From positions 124,001-188,000 of IMG/VR virus record IMGVR_UViG_3300011361_000001: DNA of 64,000 bases. One strand, given 5' to 3'. The notes under the pieces were generated by a model. That model had not been told where the DNA came from and did no database searches. It saw nothing but the letters and a program-made list of their open reading frames with translations. The translations under genes were made by a program, and so were the position numbers. This document shows positions 9,268 through 19,140 of the stretch, in pieces. How positions within the stretch are numbered: position 1 is the stretch's first letter; every line of letters starts with the position of its first letter. Source of the stretch: an uncultured virus (IMG/VR IMGVR_UViG_3300011361_000001) (taxonomy: Duplodnaviria; Heunggongvirae; Uroviricota; Caudoviricetes).

Positions 9268-10713
9268 TTAAGACATGGCGCTGATGTTGGCACGCGACAA
9301 ACGAATCGACTCTTCGTTGGTCAAATAGACACCGCCAGAACCATCGGTCAAACCAATGATTTTCGATTCAACCCATGGGAATTTCTCAGGGGTCGTTTCG
9401 ATCTCCATGACCGAGAAACGAGTCAGTACCAGGTACAACACGCGGTCAAAGCTTGCAGCGATGTACATCACCCCGTTACGGATCACACGGCTCATTCCAA
9501 GCGGAACACTGGAGGTCAGCGTTGCGTTCTCAGCCACCACAAGCATGTCGTAGAACAGCTTGATCCACTGTTGGGTCTTAAGCTCCATCCGGTTGTAGTC
9601 CGGTGAAGTAGTCGGTACAATCAAGTAGTCCGGCCACTTCTGATCCAAACGGTACACACCGTCACGGTTGTAGGGTCCGCCGACTGCTGCAAACGCCAAG
9701 GACTTGTACAGCACCGAGGACAACACCAAGTTCTCGTTGACGTGTTCACGGTAGTAGCCTTTACCTTCCACCGCAGAATACGCCAAGCTCAAGGCCGCGA
9801 GCAGGTGAGTAGACGGTGAGTACATGCCTGTGACGATCGTCCGGTTAGGGATGGCGTACTGGTCCCAGAAGGGCATCAGGATGTATTCGGTGTTGGTGAA
9901 GATGTCCGGGAAGATCTTGATCCAGTCAGCTTCAGTGTACGCCGTCAAGCTCAGAATGTACCGAGCCAGTTCCTGTTTGATGATGTCTGGGTTGTTACCT
10001 GCAATACCCCACACCATCACCGTCCAGTTGGTCATGATCCGCGTTTGGGCAGTGTCTTGACCCCGGTACTCAAACTCCTGACTCAGGAGGAAGGTGTAGG
10101 GAAGCTTGTTCTTGACTTCTTCGATACGGTTGAAGATGTCGACCGTGGTGCGTTGGGCCAGCATCGACTTCACGACCAAGGGGTCCAAGAAGAAGCTGTC
10201 AATCGGCTCAAGGGCAGGTACGAACTGAATCTCGTATTCGTCGTACTGCTCTTGGAAGGATTGGTCACAGAACCAGATCTTGACTTCGTTCTCAGGCTGA
10301 CCGGTTAGGGTGTAGCTGATCCACTCAGGCAACCAACGGGTACGGTCGGTTTTCATCTCACCGATTTCGATGTTGCTAACCAGTGTGCCGAATTCAGCTT
10401 GCAGCTGCTCCAAGCAACGCACGTAGTTACTGGTGATCTCACCGAGTTCTGCTTTGGTGTACAACCACTGACCAATGCGCAAGGCCGGGCTCTGGTGAGC
10501 GATCGGTACTTGAGTCAGGGTCTCGATACCGTCTACGAAGTTTTCGCTGCGAAAGGTCGTCAGGATCACGTCACGGTAGCTGGGATTGGTGTAGTGACCT
10601 TTTTCTTTGGCGTACGTGTAGCTTTGGGTGGAGAGTTCCCCCAGCGGTGCAATCACGTTCACCGTGTTGTCGGCCAGTGGTGCAATCACCATAAAGCCTT
10701 TGAGAATATACAT
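9268..10713 (-). CDS. virion structural protein (phiKZ gp157-like)
   Basis: 481-aa ORF with GAGG RBS; N-terminus MYILKGF..I..LADN....IAPLGELS recalled as a conserved phiKZ-like structural family. Confidence 0.6.
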   Translation of the reverse strand: MYILKGFMVIAPLADNTVNVIAPLGELSTQSYTYAKEKGHYTNPSYRDVILTTFRSENFVDGIETLTQVPIAHQSPALRIGQWLYTKAELGEITSNYVRCLEQLQAEFGTLVSNIEIGEMKTDRTRWLPEWISYTLTGQPENEVKIWFCDQSFQEQYDEYEIQFVPALEPIDSFFLDPLVVKSMLAQRTTVDIFNRIEEVKNKLPYTFLLSQEFEYRGQDTAQTRIMTNWTVMVWGIAGNNPDIIKQELARYILSLTAYTEADWIKIFPDIFTNTEYILMPFWDQYAIPNRTIVTGMYSPSTHLLAALSLAYSAVEGKGYYREHVNENLVLSSVLYKSLAFAAVGGPYNRDGVYRLDQKWPDYLIVPTTSPDYNRMELKTQQWIKLFYDMLVVAENATLTSSVPLGMSRVIRNGVMYIAASFDRVLYLVLTRFSVMEIETTPEKFPWVESKIIGLTDGSGGVYLTNEESIRLSRANISAMS

Positions 10714-10786
10714 GGAATTTACCTCAATTATCTGGGAGTTCCGACTGAGCTGTCTATAGTATTACGAGTATTTGGAGGAGCCGTCT

Positions 10787-11212
10787 ATGGGTAATATCAT
10801 TGCTTTGCTCGGCTTGTTGATCAAGCTGATTCCTTTTTTAAAGGAAGTGTTTTTAAAGAACCAAGACTTTCGTGAGGCGATCCTTTCCAACCGAGCCGTC
10901 ATTGGTGTGTTCTTTGCCTGTATCGTGTTGTTTGTGTTGAACCTGGACCACATCGACACCCTGATGCACAACCAACAGAAAATCCGTGAGTTGACCCAAG
11001 GTTTTGAATCGGTAGAACGGGACAACAAGCGAGTAGCTCTTGAGCTGACCGAACTTAAAGTTGAGCTGGTGGCTTTACGTGAGGAGAACCACGAGTTTGA
11101 AGTCAAGCTCGCTGAAGCACAGAAGATCATTCAGGTACGTGAAGAGCGACTTGAGGATCACAAAAACACCATCAAGGTTCTGCGGCGTCGCCTAGGTTAC
11201 AAGACGGAGTAA
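10787..11212 (+). CDS. membrane protein with C-terminal coiled coil
   Basis: GGAGGAG RBS; hydrophobic segments IIALLGLLIKLIPFL and AVIGVFFACIVLFVL; heptad-rich tail with a basic end. Confidence 0.7.
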   Translation: MGNIIALLGLLIKLIPFLKEVFLKNQDFREAILSNRAVIGVFFACIVLFVLNLDHIDTLMHNQQKIRELTQGFESVERDNKRVALELTELKVELVALREENHEFEVKLAEAQKIIQVREERLEDHKNTIKVLRRRLGYKTE

Positions 11213-11266
11213 AACCTTATAGCACAGCGCTATGAAGTAGTAGACCGGACCTAAAGGCCAAAGATC

Positions 11267-12955
11267 GTGACTGAAGAAACTAAAAGCAAGACCGCTGGGA
11301 TGTTTGGTATGTCCAGCAAAGGTAAACTCTCCCCGGAAGCCATGGCAGCTGTTGCGACTGTAGCCGAAGCATTGACGGGTATCGACGATAAAAAGGTATT
11401 GACTGCCGCTAAGCTCGCTGAGAAGGTGATCGAGGCGAAGGAGTACACTGACCTAGGTGCAGTGCTCTACAGCGACGGTGGGTGCAAGCCAAGCCGTGGT
11501 ATTGGTGGTTGGGGTGTACATGGCTACCTCTATACCCTGGATGTTCCGAAACAGGGTTCGGGGTGTGCCGCAGTACTGACCAACATGGGTTACGTCGATG
11601 ACAAAGACGCCTATGAAACCATCAAGTCCTCTGAAGGCATGGGTTCGTTCTTTCCTCGCACTCAGATGACGGTGGACAAAATCCAAGTCGTCACCCCGAT
11701 CAAGTACCTCGATGGCTTTGGCAGTCTGATTCCAATCAGCACCAACAACATCGCCGAATTGACCGCAGCGACCAATGCGCTCAGGTATGCTATAGCGCAT
11801 GGTGTGAAAGACCTGTTGTTGTTGACGGACAGTAACTACGTCATCAAAGGCTTAACTTACTGCGACAACTGGGAAGCGCAAGGCTGGCGTCGTCGCGACG
11901 GCGAACCTGTGGCGAACGTGGAAGAATGGATCGAGCTATTGAAACTCGCTCGTCAACTGCGTGCCAGTGGGTGCAATGTTCAACTGGAATGGGTGCAAGG
12001 TCATTCAGGCGATTTTGGTAACAACCTCGTCGATAACTACGCCTCCCGTTCGATCATTGCCGGCCGGAAGGGGCTTGCGGTTGATGAACACAAGATCACC
12101 GACGCTAAGGGGTACTGGTCGAACAAGGTTTCGTACAACAAACTCCTGAATCATCCGTACTGGTATTTCAACACGCACGTGGGTGGCCCTCTCAAGTCAC
12201 CAGACGATCGGTTTGTCTACTTTGTGGGTGACCATGGAACCGAAGACGAGTTCATCGGTAAGAAAGTGAGCGAAGCAGGCTTTGCGGTCTTGTACCTCAA
12301 AGAAAGCGATCCGGTATTAAATCAACTGGCTGCCTATCAAGACGAACTGGACAAGGGTGAGTTCAGTAACGTCATTGTGGGGCGGTTGACCAACATCACG
12401 AATGCGACGAACTACGCCGACATTCTGACAAATGGTACCAACTTCCTTCACACCCCAAACTATGGTCGTAATGACATCTGTACAGCTACGGATGTGTTAC
12501 TGACACGTGAGTTGCGTCCGCCTTTGACGGCGTTCCGATTGGCTGAGAACCTCTCTACACTCGAGGAGGTCCTGCGTAACCATCTAGGTGCGGAGCAGTC
12601 GATCCCGTTAGTCAAGACGGATATCACCTCGATGTTCTATGCGGAGGATAAATCGGCTAAGAAACCTGTCACCAAGCTGTTGCCTGCGATCAACAACGCC
12701 GTTAAGAAAATGGATGTGTTGGTTGCGTACGACACCGGAGTTAAGAATGGGGAATTTAAAATCCCAATCACTTTCGGGTTGGACGTGGGCATCCGTAACC
12801 TGATGTCTGGGATTGCGGAACAGTCACCGACTGTAACGGTGGTTACCTGGCGTGAAAGCGATCAGGCCTTCCGGTATGGCGTGGTGATTGAAACAACGGA
12901 TGACGTCGGTATCTGGGCCAGCATTTATTCAAACATTTGTCTACTACCAAGTTAA
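11267..12955 (+). CDS. rnhA: ribonuclease H family protein (phiKZ gp155-like)
   Basis: RNase HI motifs LYSDGGC..GGWG, STNNIAEL, LTDSNYV, WVQGHSGDFGNNLVD, plus a long C-terminal extension. Confidence 0.9.
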   Translation: MTEETKSKTAGMFGMSSKGKLSPEAMAAVATVAEALTGIDDKKVLTAAKLAEKVIEAKEYTDLGAVLYSDGGCKPSRGIGGWGVHGYLYTLDVPKQGSGCAAVLTNMGYVDDKDAYETIKSSEGMGSFFPRTQMTVDKIQVVTPIKYLDGFGSLIPISTNNIAELTAATNALRYAIAHGVKDLLLLTDSNYVIKGLTYCDNWEAQGWRRRDGEPVANVEEWIELLKLARQLRASGCNVQLEWVQGHSGDFGNNLVDNYASRSIIAGRKGLAVDEHKITDAKGYWSNKVSYNKLLNHPYWYFNTHVGGPLKSPDDRFVYFVGDHGTEDEFIGKKVSEAGFAVLYLKESDPVLNQLAAYQDELDKGEFSNVIVGRLTNITNATNYADILTNGTNFLHTPNYGRNDICTATDVLLTRELRPPLTAFRLAENLSTLEEVLRNHLGAEQSIPLVKTDITSMFYAEDKSAKKPVTKLLPAINNAVKKMDVLVAYDTGVKNGEFKIPITFGLDVGIRNLMSGIAEQSPTVTVVTWRESDQAFRYGVVIETTDDVGIWASIYSNICLLPS

Positions 12956-12966
12956 GTGGATAGCTC

Positions 12967-13374
12967 ATGAACCTAATAGGAAGAGTGACGGCAAAGTTAC
13001 AACGCCTTAACCGGCGTCTTCTTGGCGTGATCCTTCGGTTTGGTTTGCCGCGTTACGGGAAGAAGCTGATGCTGTTGGTCAGCGTCTTCTCAGGACTGCG
13101 ACATCTCAATGCCGTTACGCCGGTGGACTTGGAGCGTTTGAATACCAAACTCGGATTGGCTTCTTGCCCTGAAGCGTTGGAGTTTCCCGCGCTGGTGTCC
13201 AAAGCAATTTGGAAGGGATGCGAGCTGGATGAGGTTGATTTCAACACGCCCTGTGAACGTTCAACTGACGCGGTACTGGCGAAGATCCCTCAGTGGTTGC
13301 GTTACGATACCAATGAGGCTATGGCAGAAGACATTCGCAGTGTGGTTGACCACACGCGCCTACAAGCAGCGTAA
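12967..13374 (+). CDS. hypothetical protein
   Basis: 135-aa ORF immediately after RNase H, followed by a hairpin. Confidence 0.7.
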   Translation: MNLIGRVTAKLQRLNRRLLGVILRFGLPRYGKKLMLLVSVFSGLRHLNAVTPVDLERLNTKLGLASCPEALEFPALVSKAIWKGCELDEVDFNTPCERSTDAVLAKIPQWLRYDTNEAMAEDIRSVVDHTRLQAA

Positions 13375-13378
13375 TTGC

Positions 13379-13430
13379 GGCATAGGCTGACTACCCCTTC
13401 CAACGGAGGGGGTAGTCAGGTGTTTATGCC
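13379..13430. terminator. bidirectional hairpin flanked by GGCATA / TATGCC
   Basis: GGCATAGG-CTGACTACCCCTTCC-AAC-GGAGGGGGTAGTCAG-GTGTTTATGCC between convergent genes. Confidence 0.75.
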
Positions 13431-13432
13431 CG

Positions 13433-14248
13433 TTAAACCAAACGTTCCAAACCTTTGTTGGTTTCCTGAACACAACCGGCGACTTCTGCGAGCAGGTGAC
13501 CTGTAACGGAGAAGAACTCAACCAGTTTAGCCGTGGTGAGAATGCCTTGGGTAAGGGATGCAAGCGTTGCGCCATTCGGTTTAAAGCTGTCATCGTTCTC
13601 CAGGCGGTCTGCCATCCGCTCCAACACGTCTACACAATCGGTCACCGACCGAATCAGCTCTTCACGATTCACCCGCAGGTAGCGGTCGATCATGCCATTG
13701 ACTTGTTCGTTGACGACGTGGATCTCGGTGTTGTTGCGATACAGCTTGCCGTATTCGTGGACCGACTGTGTACTGGCACGGTCAACACACTTCTCAAGCT
13801 TCTTACGGCACTCAGCGATGGTGTCCTCACCGAAAGGCAGGCTTACCTTGTCGCTACGAGCGCTGTTGAAACGACCGGGTTCTGCAAGCAGTCCGTTGGC
13901 AAACTGCGTCAGGGCACCGATTTGCTTTTCCTGAATAGCAGTCACAACGTCAACCGACTGATCCAGTGCGTGCAGGTAATCGGTGTAGGGAACTTTCAAA
14001 CCCAGGGGTCCGTAGACGTGGGTCTTACGGTGAGCGGCGTAGTTGATGCCTTTGATCTTCGCCATGCTCAGAGGCTTGACCGCAGGGATCATGGGCGACT
14101 CATTGGTCAGGAAAGTCTTCAGACGTTCTTGGATGTTGCGCGCGAAAGACGGGAATACCCGCGTCACCGCTTGCATCGAGGCTTTGACATTAAAGGCCTC
14201 CATGGACAGCAGCGAAGCCTGCTGTTCTAGGGAAATTGTGAAATCCAT
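13433..14248 (-). CDS. virion (head) protein with N-terminal protease sites (phiKZ gp153-like)
   Basis: N-terminal ISLE and LSME match the S/A/G-x-E specificity of phiKZ-type head proteases; located between RNase H and UvsX. Confidence 0.6.
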   Translation of the reverse strand: MDFTISLEQQASLLSMEAFNVKASMQAVTRVFPSFARNIQERLKTFLTNESPMIPAVKPLSMAKIKGINYAAHRKTHVYGPLGLKVPYTDYLHALDQSVDVVTAIQEKQIGALTQFANGLLAEPGRFNSARSDKVSLPFGEDTIAECRKKLEKCVDRASTQSVHEYGKLYRNNTEIHVVNEQVNGMIDRYLRVNREELIRSVTDCVDVLERMADRLENDDSFKPNGATLASLTQGILTTAKLVEFFSVTGHLLAEVAGCVQETNKGLERLV

Positions 14249-14360
14249 AAGTACCTCAAGTGAGTAGGGTGGTGGGGGTCATAAAAATAAACATCTTTCG
14301 GGTATCATTGTGAGTAACAACACTTACCACGACCCAACACGGTTCAAGCGAGTATTCTGA

Positions 14361-15752
14361 ATGGAACTTTCTGATTATTTTGACCAGGCGCCGCGTCTGC
14401 GCCCCTTCCTTAACATCGGCTGTCTGATGGACATTCCCACCGGCCGTTACTACGAAGGTAAAGACGGTGAAATGATCCTGAACGGTGGCCTCGCCCCCTT
14501 CACCGGAATTGGTGGACGCGGCAACATGGGTAAGTCCCTGGTCGCCCACTTCATGATGCTGTGTGCCTCAGCACGTTACGGCAGTCCTGCTAACTTCTAC
14601 GACACTGAAGTATCGTTGATGCTTGAGCGTCTGTACCACCTGGCCGCCTCCTTCCCGGAACTGCAAGGCCAAGACTTGGTTGATCTGCGTAAGCTGATCC
14701 TGACTGACTCGACCATGATCTCAGGTAACAAGTGGTTCGATCGTTTCCGCGACTTCTCGCAAGCCAAGCGCAAAGAAGGCAAGTCCATGATGCGCACCTT
14801 GCCATTCGTGGACAACAAAGGCACTAACATCCAGACGTTGATGGCTCACTTGTTTGAGATCGACTCACTCAGTATGTTCATCACCGACTCGGTCGAAGGC
14901 ATCTACGAAAAGAACCAGATCGGTGACTCGGGGGCGAACACCGACGCACTGCGTTCTGCGGCCGCTAAGACACAGATGTTGATGCAGCTACCGAACATGA
15001 CGGCTGGTGCTTCGAACTTTGTGATCACCACCGCACACGTCGGTGACAAACACCAACTCGATCCGTATGCACCGGACCCCAAGAAGCTTGCGTTCCTCAA
15101 AGGCAAGAACGTCTTTAAGAACGTACCGGAGAAGTTCACCTTCCTGACCAACAACCTCTGGTACTGCCACAGTGTCTCGGTGTTGCAGAACGCGGCGACC
15201 AAAGGTCCTGAGTATCCTGAGAACGCTGAGGACAACCTCAAAGGTGATACCGACCTTAACCTGTTGACCTTGCAAAACCTGCGGGCGAAGTCCGGTCCTA
15301 CCGGGATGCCCTTCGAGGTGATATACTCACAGCGTGATGGTCTGCTGGCGTCACTGTCTGAGTTCAACTACTGCAAGTTCTACAAGTTCGGTATGGGCGG
15401 TCATGACCGTGCGTACTACTTCGACATCAACCCAGAAGTTGTGATGCAGCGTACCACTGTGCGCAGTAAGCTGGTTGAAACCTACGAGCAAAAGCGTGCC
15501 GCTGAAATTACTTCTGAGCTGTGCCAGATGGATGTTCTGGGGTTCACTCAAACGCTCGACTACATGATGGCTCCGGCTGAACTGTATGCCAAGATCAAGG
15601 AACAAGGTTACGATTGGAAGAAGATTCTGAACAGTCGTGGCTACTGGATCTACAAGGAAGACGAGGCGACCAATCCACGCAAGTTCTTGTCAACGTTTGA
15701 CCTGCTACGTATGGCTAAAGGCGAGTACCAACCTAAGGACTTTAAATGCTAA
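14361..15752 (+). CDS. uvsX: RecA/UvsX-like recombinase (phiKZ gp152-like)
   Basis: Walker A GRGNMGKS, YDTE catalytic Glu, Walker B-like FEIDSLS; N-terminal RPFLNIGCLMDIPTG typical of jumbo-phage RecA homologues. Confidence 0.85.
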   Translation: MELSDYFDQAPRLRPFLNIGCLMDIPTGRYYEGKDGEMILNGGLAPFTGIGGRGNMGKSLVAHFMMLCASARYGSPANFYDTEVSLMLERLYHLAASFPELQGQDLVDLRKLILTDSTMISGNKWFDRFRDFSQAKRKEGKSMMRTLPFVDNKGTNIQTLMAHLFEIDSLSMFITDSVEGIYEKNQIGDSGANTDALRSAAAKTQMLMQLPNMTAGASNFVITTAHVGDKHQLDPYAPDPKKLAFLKGKNVFKNVPEKFTFLTNNLWYCHSVSVLQNAATKGPEYPENAEDNLKGDTDLNLLTLQNLRAKSGPTGMPFEVIYSQRDGLLASLSEFNYCKFYKFGMGGHDRAYYFDINPEVVMQRTTVRSKLVETYEQKRAAEITSELCQMDVLGFTQTLDYMMAPAELYAKIKEQGYDWKKILNSRGYWIYKEDEATNPRKFLSTFDLLRMAKGEYQPKDFKC

Positions 15753-15889
15753 GTCCGTTGGGTCTGCGCACCTTGGATTTGGTGACAGAAGACCGCCAGC
15801 GTGATCCGTACACGGCTGTACGATTGAAGACCCGTTCCTTTGGAATGTACGGTTTGTTGAAGTTTACATTAGGTCTCAGCCGGCGTTAA
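15746..15889 (+). CDS. small hypothetical protein (47 aa, below the ORF-track cut-off)
   Basis: TAAGGA RBS, then ATG overlapping the uvsX end; translates MLSPLGLRTLDLVTEDRQRDPYTAVRLKTRSFGMYGLLKFTLGLSRR; followed by a UUCG hairpin. Confidence 0.5.
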   Translation: MLSPLGLRTLDLVTEDRQRDPYTAVRLKTRSFGMYGLLKFTLGLSRR

Positions 15890-15903
15890 AACAACCTGTC
15901 CTC

Positions 15904-15933
15904 TGCGCTCAGACTTCGGTCTGGGCGTATGAC
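15904..15933 (+). terminator. UUCG-loop hairpin
   Basis: TGCGCTCAGAC-TTCG-GTCTGGGCGTA then TGAC. Confidence 0.7.
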
Positions 15934-16045
15934 GGTTATTTTTTAAAGTCCTCACCTAATTTATAGAACAAATGCCAACACTGCTCGTAATGATACGAAG
16001 GGCTATTTCCTTATAGTCCACGCACTTCATTCGAGGTTTACTAGG

Positions 16046-16312
16046 ATGAATACCATGAACAAATTGCTGGAGAGACTGGAGCGTGCCTGCCCTGAAGTAG
16101 CACAGAAACTCAGTCAAAGTTTTACCTGTACCTCAGCCACCCCACAAGGGCAACAAGCTGAGATCAATGGCTACCTGCGCCGTCAGTTGGGTTCGTTGGA
16201 AATCAACACTCAATCTGAACGTGAGTACCTGATTGACCAGCGTCCGGTTGGTCTGTGGCTGCGCGATCTGGAACGTCACGTGTTCCCCACTCTGGTTCAA
16301 CACGGAATCTGA
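16046..16312 (+). CDS. hypothetical protein
   Basis: GAGG/AGGA upstream; first gene of a tightly packed operon. Confidence 0.7.
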   Translation: MNTMNKLLERLERACPEVAQKLSQSFTCTSATPQGQQAEINGYLRRQLGSLEINTQSEREYLIDQRPVGLWLRDLERHVFPTLVQHGI

Positions 16313-16315
16313 GTC

Positions 16316-16768
16316 ATGGAAGATTTCCTCGTAGGCGTTTCCCCACAGCCTTCACCCAAGGTGCAACAAGCCACCAATGGGTTGTACGATTCTGTTGTTG
16401 TGGGTGTATATACCCAATCGCCTAACGTGGATGCTACCTTCTTTCGCCATACTCTGTTGTCGGCACTTACGAGTTTGGGGTGGGATCAACAAAACCCGCA
16501 TCACGGGGTTATTGTGCGTTTTATCGGACCACGTGAGGCGGTGATGCGAATGACCAGTTTGGTTCAGGACATCGCATTTTCAAAATCAGTAGCTTATTTA
16601 TTTAATGCGCCTTTTAGCGCGGAGCATTACCAACACTTGGACTATGAGTTCAAACACCTAACGCATCTGGTGGTCATTCACGAAAAGAATCAGGCGGTGA
16701 ACCTGAGTGTTCGTGATATGGCCAGAAACTACTGCTTGGGTGTTTTGGATGTGGTCTGTGATTGGTAG
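16316..16768 (+). CDS. hypothetical protein, possibly a divergent SLOG/YspA-like fold
   Basis: C-terminal THLVVIH...DMARNYCLGVLDV echoes the YspA-type THLIAFW...MI..A...L.V pattern; the resemblance is weak. Confidence 0.45.
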   Translation: MEDFLVGVSPQPSPKVQQATNGLYDSVVVGVYTQSPNVDATFFRHTLLSALTSLGWDQQNPHHGVIVRFIGPREAVMRMTSLVQDIAFSKSVAYLFNAPFSAEHYQHLDYEFKHLTHLVVIHEKNQAVNLSVRDMARNYCLGVLDVVCDW

Positions 16769-16780
16769 GGGGAAGTAGTA

Positions 16781-17452
16781 ATGGGTGATCGTAAAGCGGC
16801 AACAGAATTTATTTTGAAGTATGTCGAGAAGTTGTTGCCGGGCAGCCCCAACCGGGCGCGCTACGAAGAAATGTTTGCAGCCATGAGCGACAAGCAGTTC
16901 GACGCCTTTATGCAACAGCTTGAGAGTGGGGAAATTAACCTCTCCATTATCTCCCCAAATCTGACAAAGGATCGTTTGGACCTTGAGCGTAACCTTAAGA
17001 TCGCAGACGAGTTGGGTCACAACTTCTTCCAGCGGTTGGTATTGACAGACCCCACCACAGGTCTTTCCTACCTCACACCGCTTAAGTACATGGTGGTTGA
17101 TCTACCGGTACGGCGTCAGGTACAGTTGCTCCAGAAGAAGGTCACGATTCCTGAGAACAACAAACACGTTGATGAACTCTCAGGTCAGTCCACGGGTGCG
17201 TCTAAGGGTTCGAAGATTTCCTTCCCGGAATTGCAGGTGTTGTTTGCTCAAGACTTGCAAAGCACGATCACCGAGTTGATCAAGTTCCGTGGGGGTGACA
17301 CCAAAGGCTTTAACGCGATGAACCGCAGCATCTACGAAACCGGTGGGGCCAGTATCGAACACTTGGCACTGGCGGGGACTAAGGTTAAGTCGGTGACTAC
17401 GTTGAGTACGTTGCTTAAAGCCATGCACCTTGACAACACTCTGGACAAATGA
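16781..17452 (+). CDS. virion RNA polymerase beta subunit, C-terminal part (phiKZ gp149-like)
   Basis: RRQVQLLQKK...DELSGQSTG.SKGSKISFPELQVL.AQ...TITELIKFRGGD corresponds to the beta C-terminal GGQRFGEME...TLQEML..KSDD region. Confidence 0.85.
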   Translation: MGDRKAATEFILKYVEKLLPGSPNRARYEEMFAAMSDKQFDAFMQQLESGEINLSIISPNLTKDRLDLERNLKIADELGHNFFQRLVLTDPTTGLSYLTPLKYMVVDLPVRRQVQLLQKKVTIPENNKHVDELSGQSTGASKGSKISFPELQVLFAQDLQSTITELIKFRGGDTKGFNAMNRSIYETGGASIEHLALAGTKVKSVTTLSTLLKAMHLDNTLDK

Positions 17453-17955
17453 TGAACGAGCACGAACTGTTTCCCAACCTTTGTAATCAAGCCCGCCAGA
17501 TCGTAACCGACTACATCAATCAGTTGGTCCTGATCAACGTTGACCACAACACTGCCATCAAAGAACTCTTTGCTGAACGGGTTCGGGTCTTTGAATTTGT
17601 CATGAAGCTGCGACTGGATTTCCAACCGCTCTTTATCACCGATTCGGTGGTGGACGACCTCTGGGAAGAAATCCGCACGGCTCCAGAACTGCAAGAGATG
17701 ATCAGCACCGTTACGTTCAAGATGCTGACCCAGGTCAACGTCGATTTCCATAATGTAGTGGCGCGCATCGTGTCCCAAGCGGTTGAAGCCATGGCTAAGA
17801 CCCAAGGGGCGTTGGATGCTGACTACTACGAACGGATCGTGGCGACGGATGAGATTGAAATGTTGGTCAGCGAGAACCCTTGGTTTGCGTTGGTTCTGCT
17901 AATTGCATTGGGGCGAGAAGAGTATGTTAAACCAGCATTCGCAGGCAGCGTCTGA
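17449..17955 (+). CDS. hypothetical protein
   Basis: ATGA overlap with the RNAP subunit gene. Confidence 0.7.
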   Translation: MMNEHELFPNLCNQARQIVTDYINQLVLINVDHNTAIKELFAERVRVFEFVMKLRLDFQPLFITDSVVDDLWEEIRTAPELQEMISTVTFKMLTQVNVDFHNVVARIVSQAVEAMAKTQGALDADYYERIVATDEIEMLVSENPWFALVLLIALGREEYVKPAFAGSV

Positions 17956-18664
17956 GTTTGACCAGACGGTCTATCTGGACCTTGACAGCCTGTTGGACAC
18001 CCGAGTAGGGGTAGTGGCAGTCAATGACCCGGAAGCGGCGTCTATGCTGATGCAGGAGCCTTACTGGCTACGTGAGTCCGATGACTTCAGTGAACTCACC
18101 GAAGGGCGGGTCACCCACGCCCTGTTTCGTCAATGGTGGCAGGCACGAGACAAGCAAGCCCTAGTGGCGGCACGTCCGACCAACATCATTCGAATCTTGG
18201 AAGAACTCAGTGAAGCCTTGGTCAGCAGTCAGGTTAACCTGCCGTTTGTGGCGAACACCACGTACTTGGTGAACTACTGGCCGTACCAGCTGGAGGAGTT
18301 GGAAGTCCAAGCCATACAACAAGCCTGTGAGATTCTGACTGGCAACGTTGTACAGGTGAAGATGATCAACTACCCACCTGAGAAGCTCACCCCGCAGTGG
18401 CTTAAGCGGGAAGTGTCTTTGATGGTGGTGTATGACTACTGGGCATGGATGGTGGCACAAAAGGAAAACTTCGGTATCAGCCCGATCCCTGAAGTCAACC
18501 TGATTACGCCTGCTATTAGCCATGACCACGTGATCACCCAAGAAGACCGGACGGTGGAGCACTTTGGAGAGGTTAATCCCTTTGCAATCAGTGAGTTAGT
18601 GATGTCTGTGTATATCACGGTCCAGATGATCCCGGTGAACTTCTTCAGTTTGTTGCGGACATAA
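17924..18664 (+). CDS. conserved jumbo-phage protein with HAD-like DxD motif (phiKZ gp147-like)
   Basis: VYLDLDSLLDTR motif near the N-terminus. Confidence 0.6.
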   Translation: MLNQHSQAASEFDQTVYLDLDSLLDTRVGVVAVNDPEAASMLMQEPYWLRESDDFSELTEGRVTHALFRQWWQARDKQALVAARPTNIIRILEELSEALVSSQVNLPFVANTTYLVNYWPYQLEELEVQAIQQACEILTGNVVQVKMINYPPEKLTPQWLKREVSLMVVYDYWAWMVAQKENFGISPIPEVNLITPAISHDHVITQEDRTVEHFGEVNPFAISELVMSVYITVQMIPVNFFSLLRT

Positions 18665-18695
18665 ACAGGGCGGGTCACCCCCGCCCTGTATGCCG
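18660..18695. terminator. bidirectional hairpin CATAAA...TATGCC
   Basis: CATAAACAGGGCGGG-TCACC-CCCGCCCTGTATGCC; near-copy at 21815-21847. Confidence 0.75.
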
Positions 18696-18729
18696 TCAGT
18701 AAACCGTTACTGAATACCTTGATTATATG

Positions 18730-19140
18730 TTAATCTTCAAACTTCTTGACAAAGTCGTTGAAGTCGTGGGACTCCAGTCCGATGTTCATTTCCCCAGGTA
18801 CCGGGTTAGCTGCAGGTAGCAACTTGGCGTCAGGCTGCGGGATATGGTCGATGATCACACCGGATGTGTTGTTCTCGAATGGGTCTTTGCCACCAAAGTG
18901 TTTGATAACATCAGTAATGGCTTGAGCCACTAGCTCGTTCGTACCGGCAAGCTTCTCGTCAGTCTTCACACGCTTGTTACCCAAGGCCGTGCGGTCCATG
19001 TCAGCCAACAGGCGCATCAAGGCGTCTTGCTCCTCGGCGGTGGCCGGAACACCATTGGCTGTGTAGTGATCCAGTAGCTTCTTGCGCTGGCCTTGTGTGA
19101 GTCGGATGATCTCGTCATCGGTCAAAGTAAATTCGGTCAT
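18730..19140 (-). CDS. hypothetical protein
   Basis: 136-aa ORF with AAGGGA RBS. Confidence 0.7.
   Translation of the reverse strand: MTEFTLTDDEIIRLTQGQRKKLLDHYTANGVPATAEEQDALMRLLADMDRTALGNKRVKTDEKLAGTNELVAQAITDVIKHFGGKDPFENNTSGVIIDHIPQPDAKLLPAANPVPGEMNIGLESHDFNDFVKKFED

Noticed and set aside
15753..16045. Apparent 290-nt gap suggesting a structured ncRNA or tRNA
   Set aside because: Explained by a 47-aa ORF, a terminator hairpin and an AT-rich promoter region; no cloverleaf or ribozyme core was recognisable.
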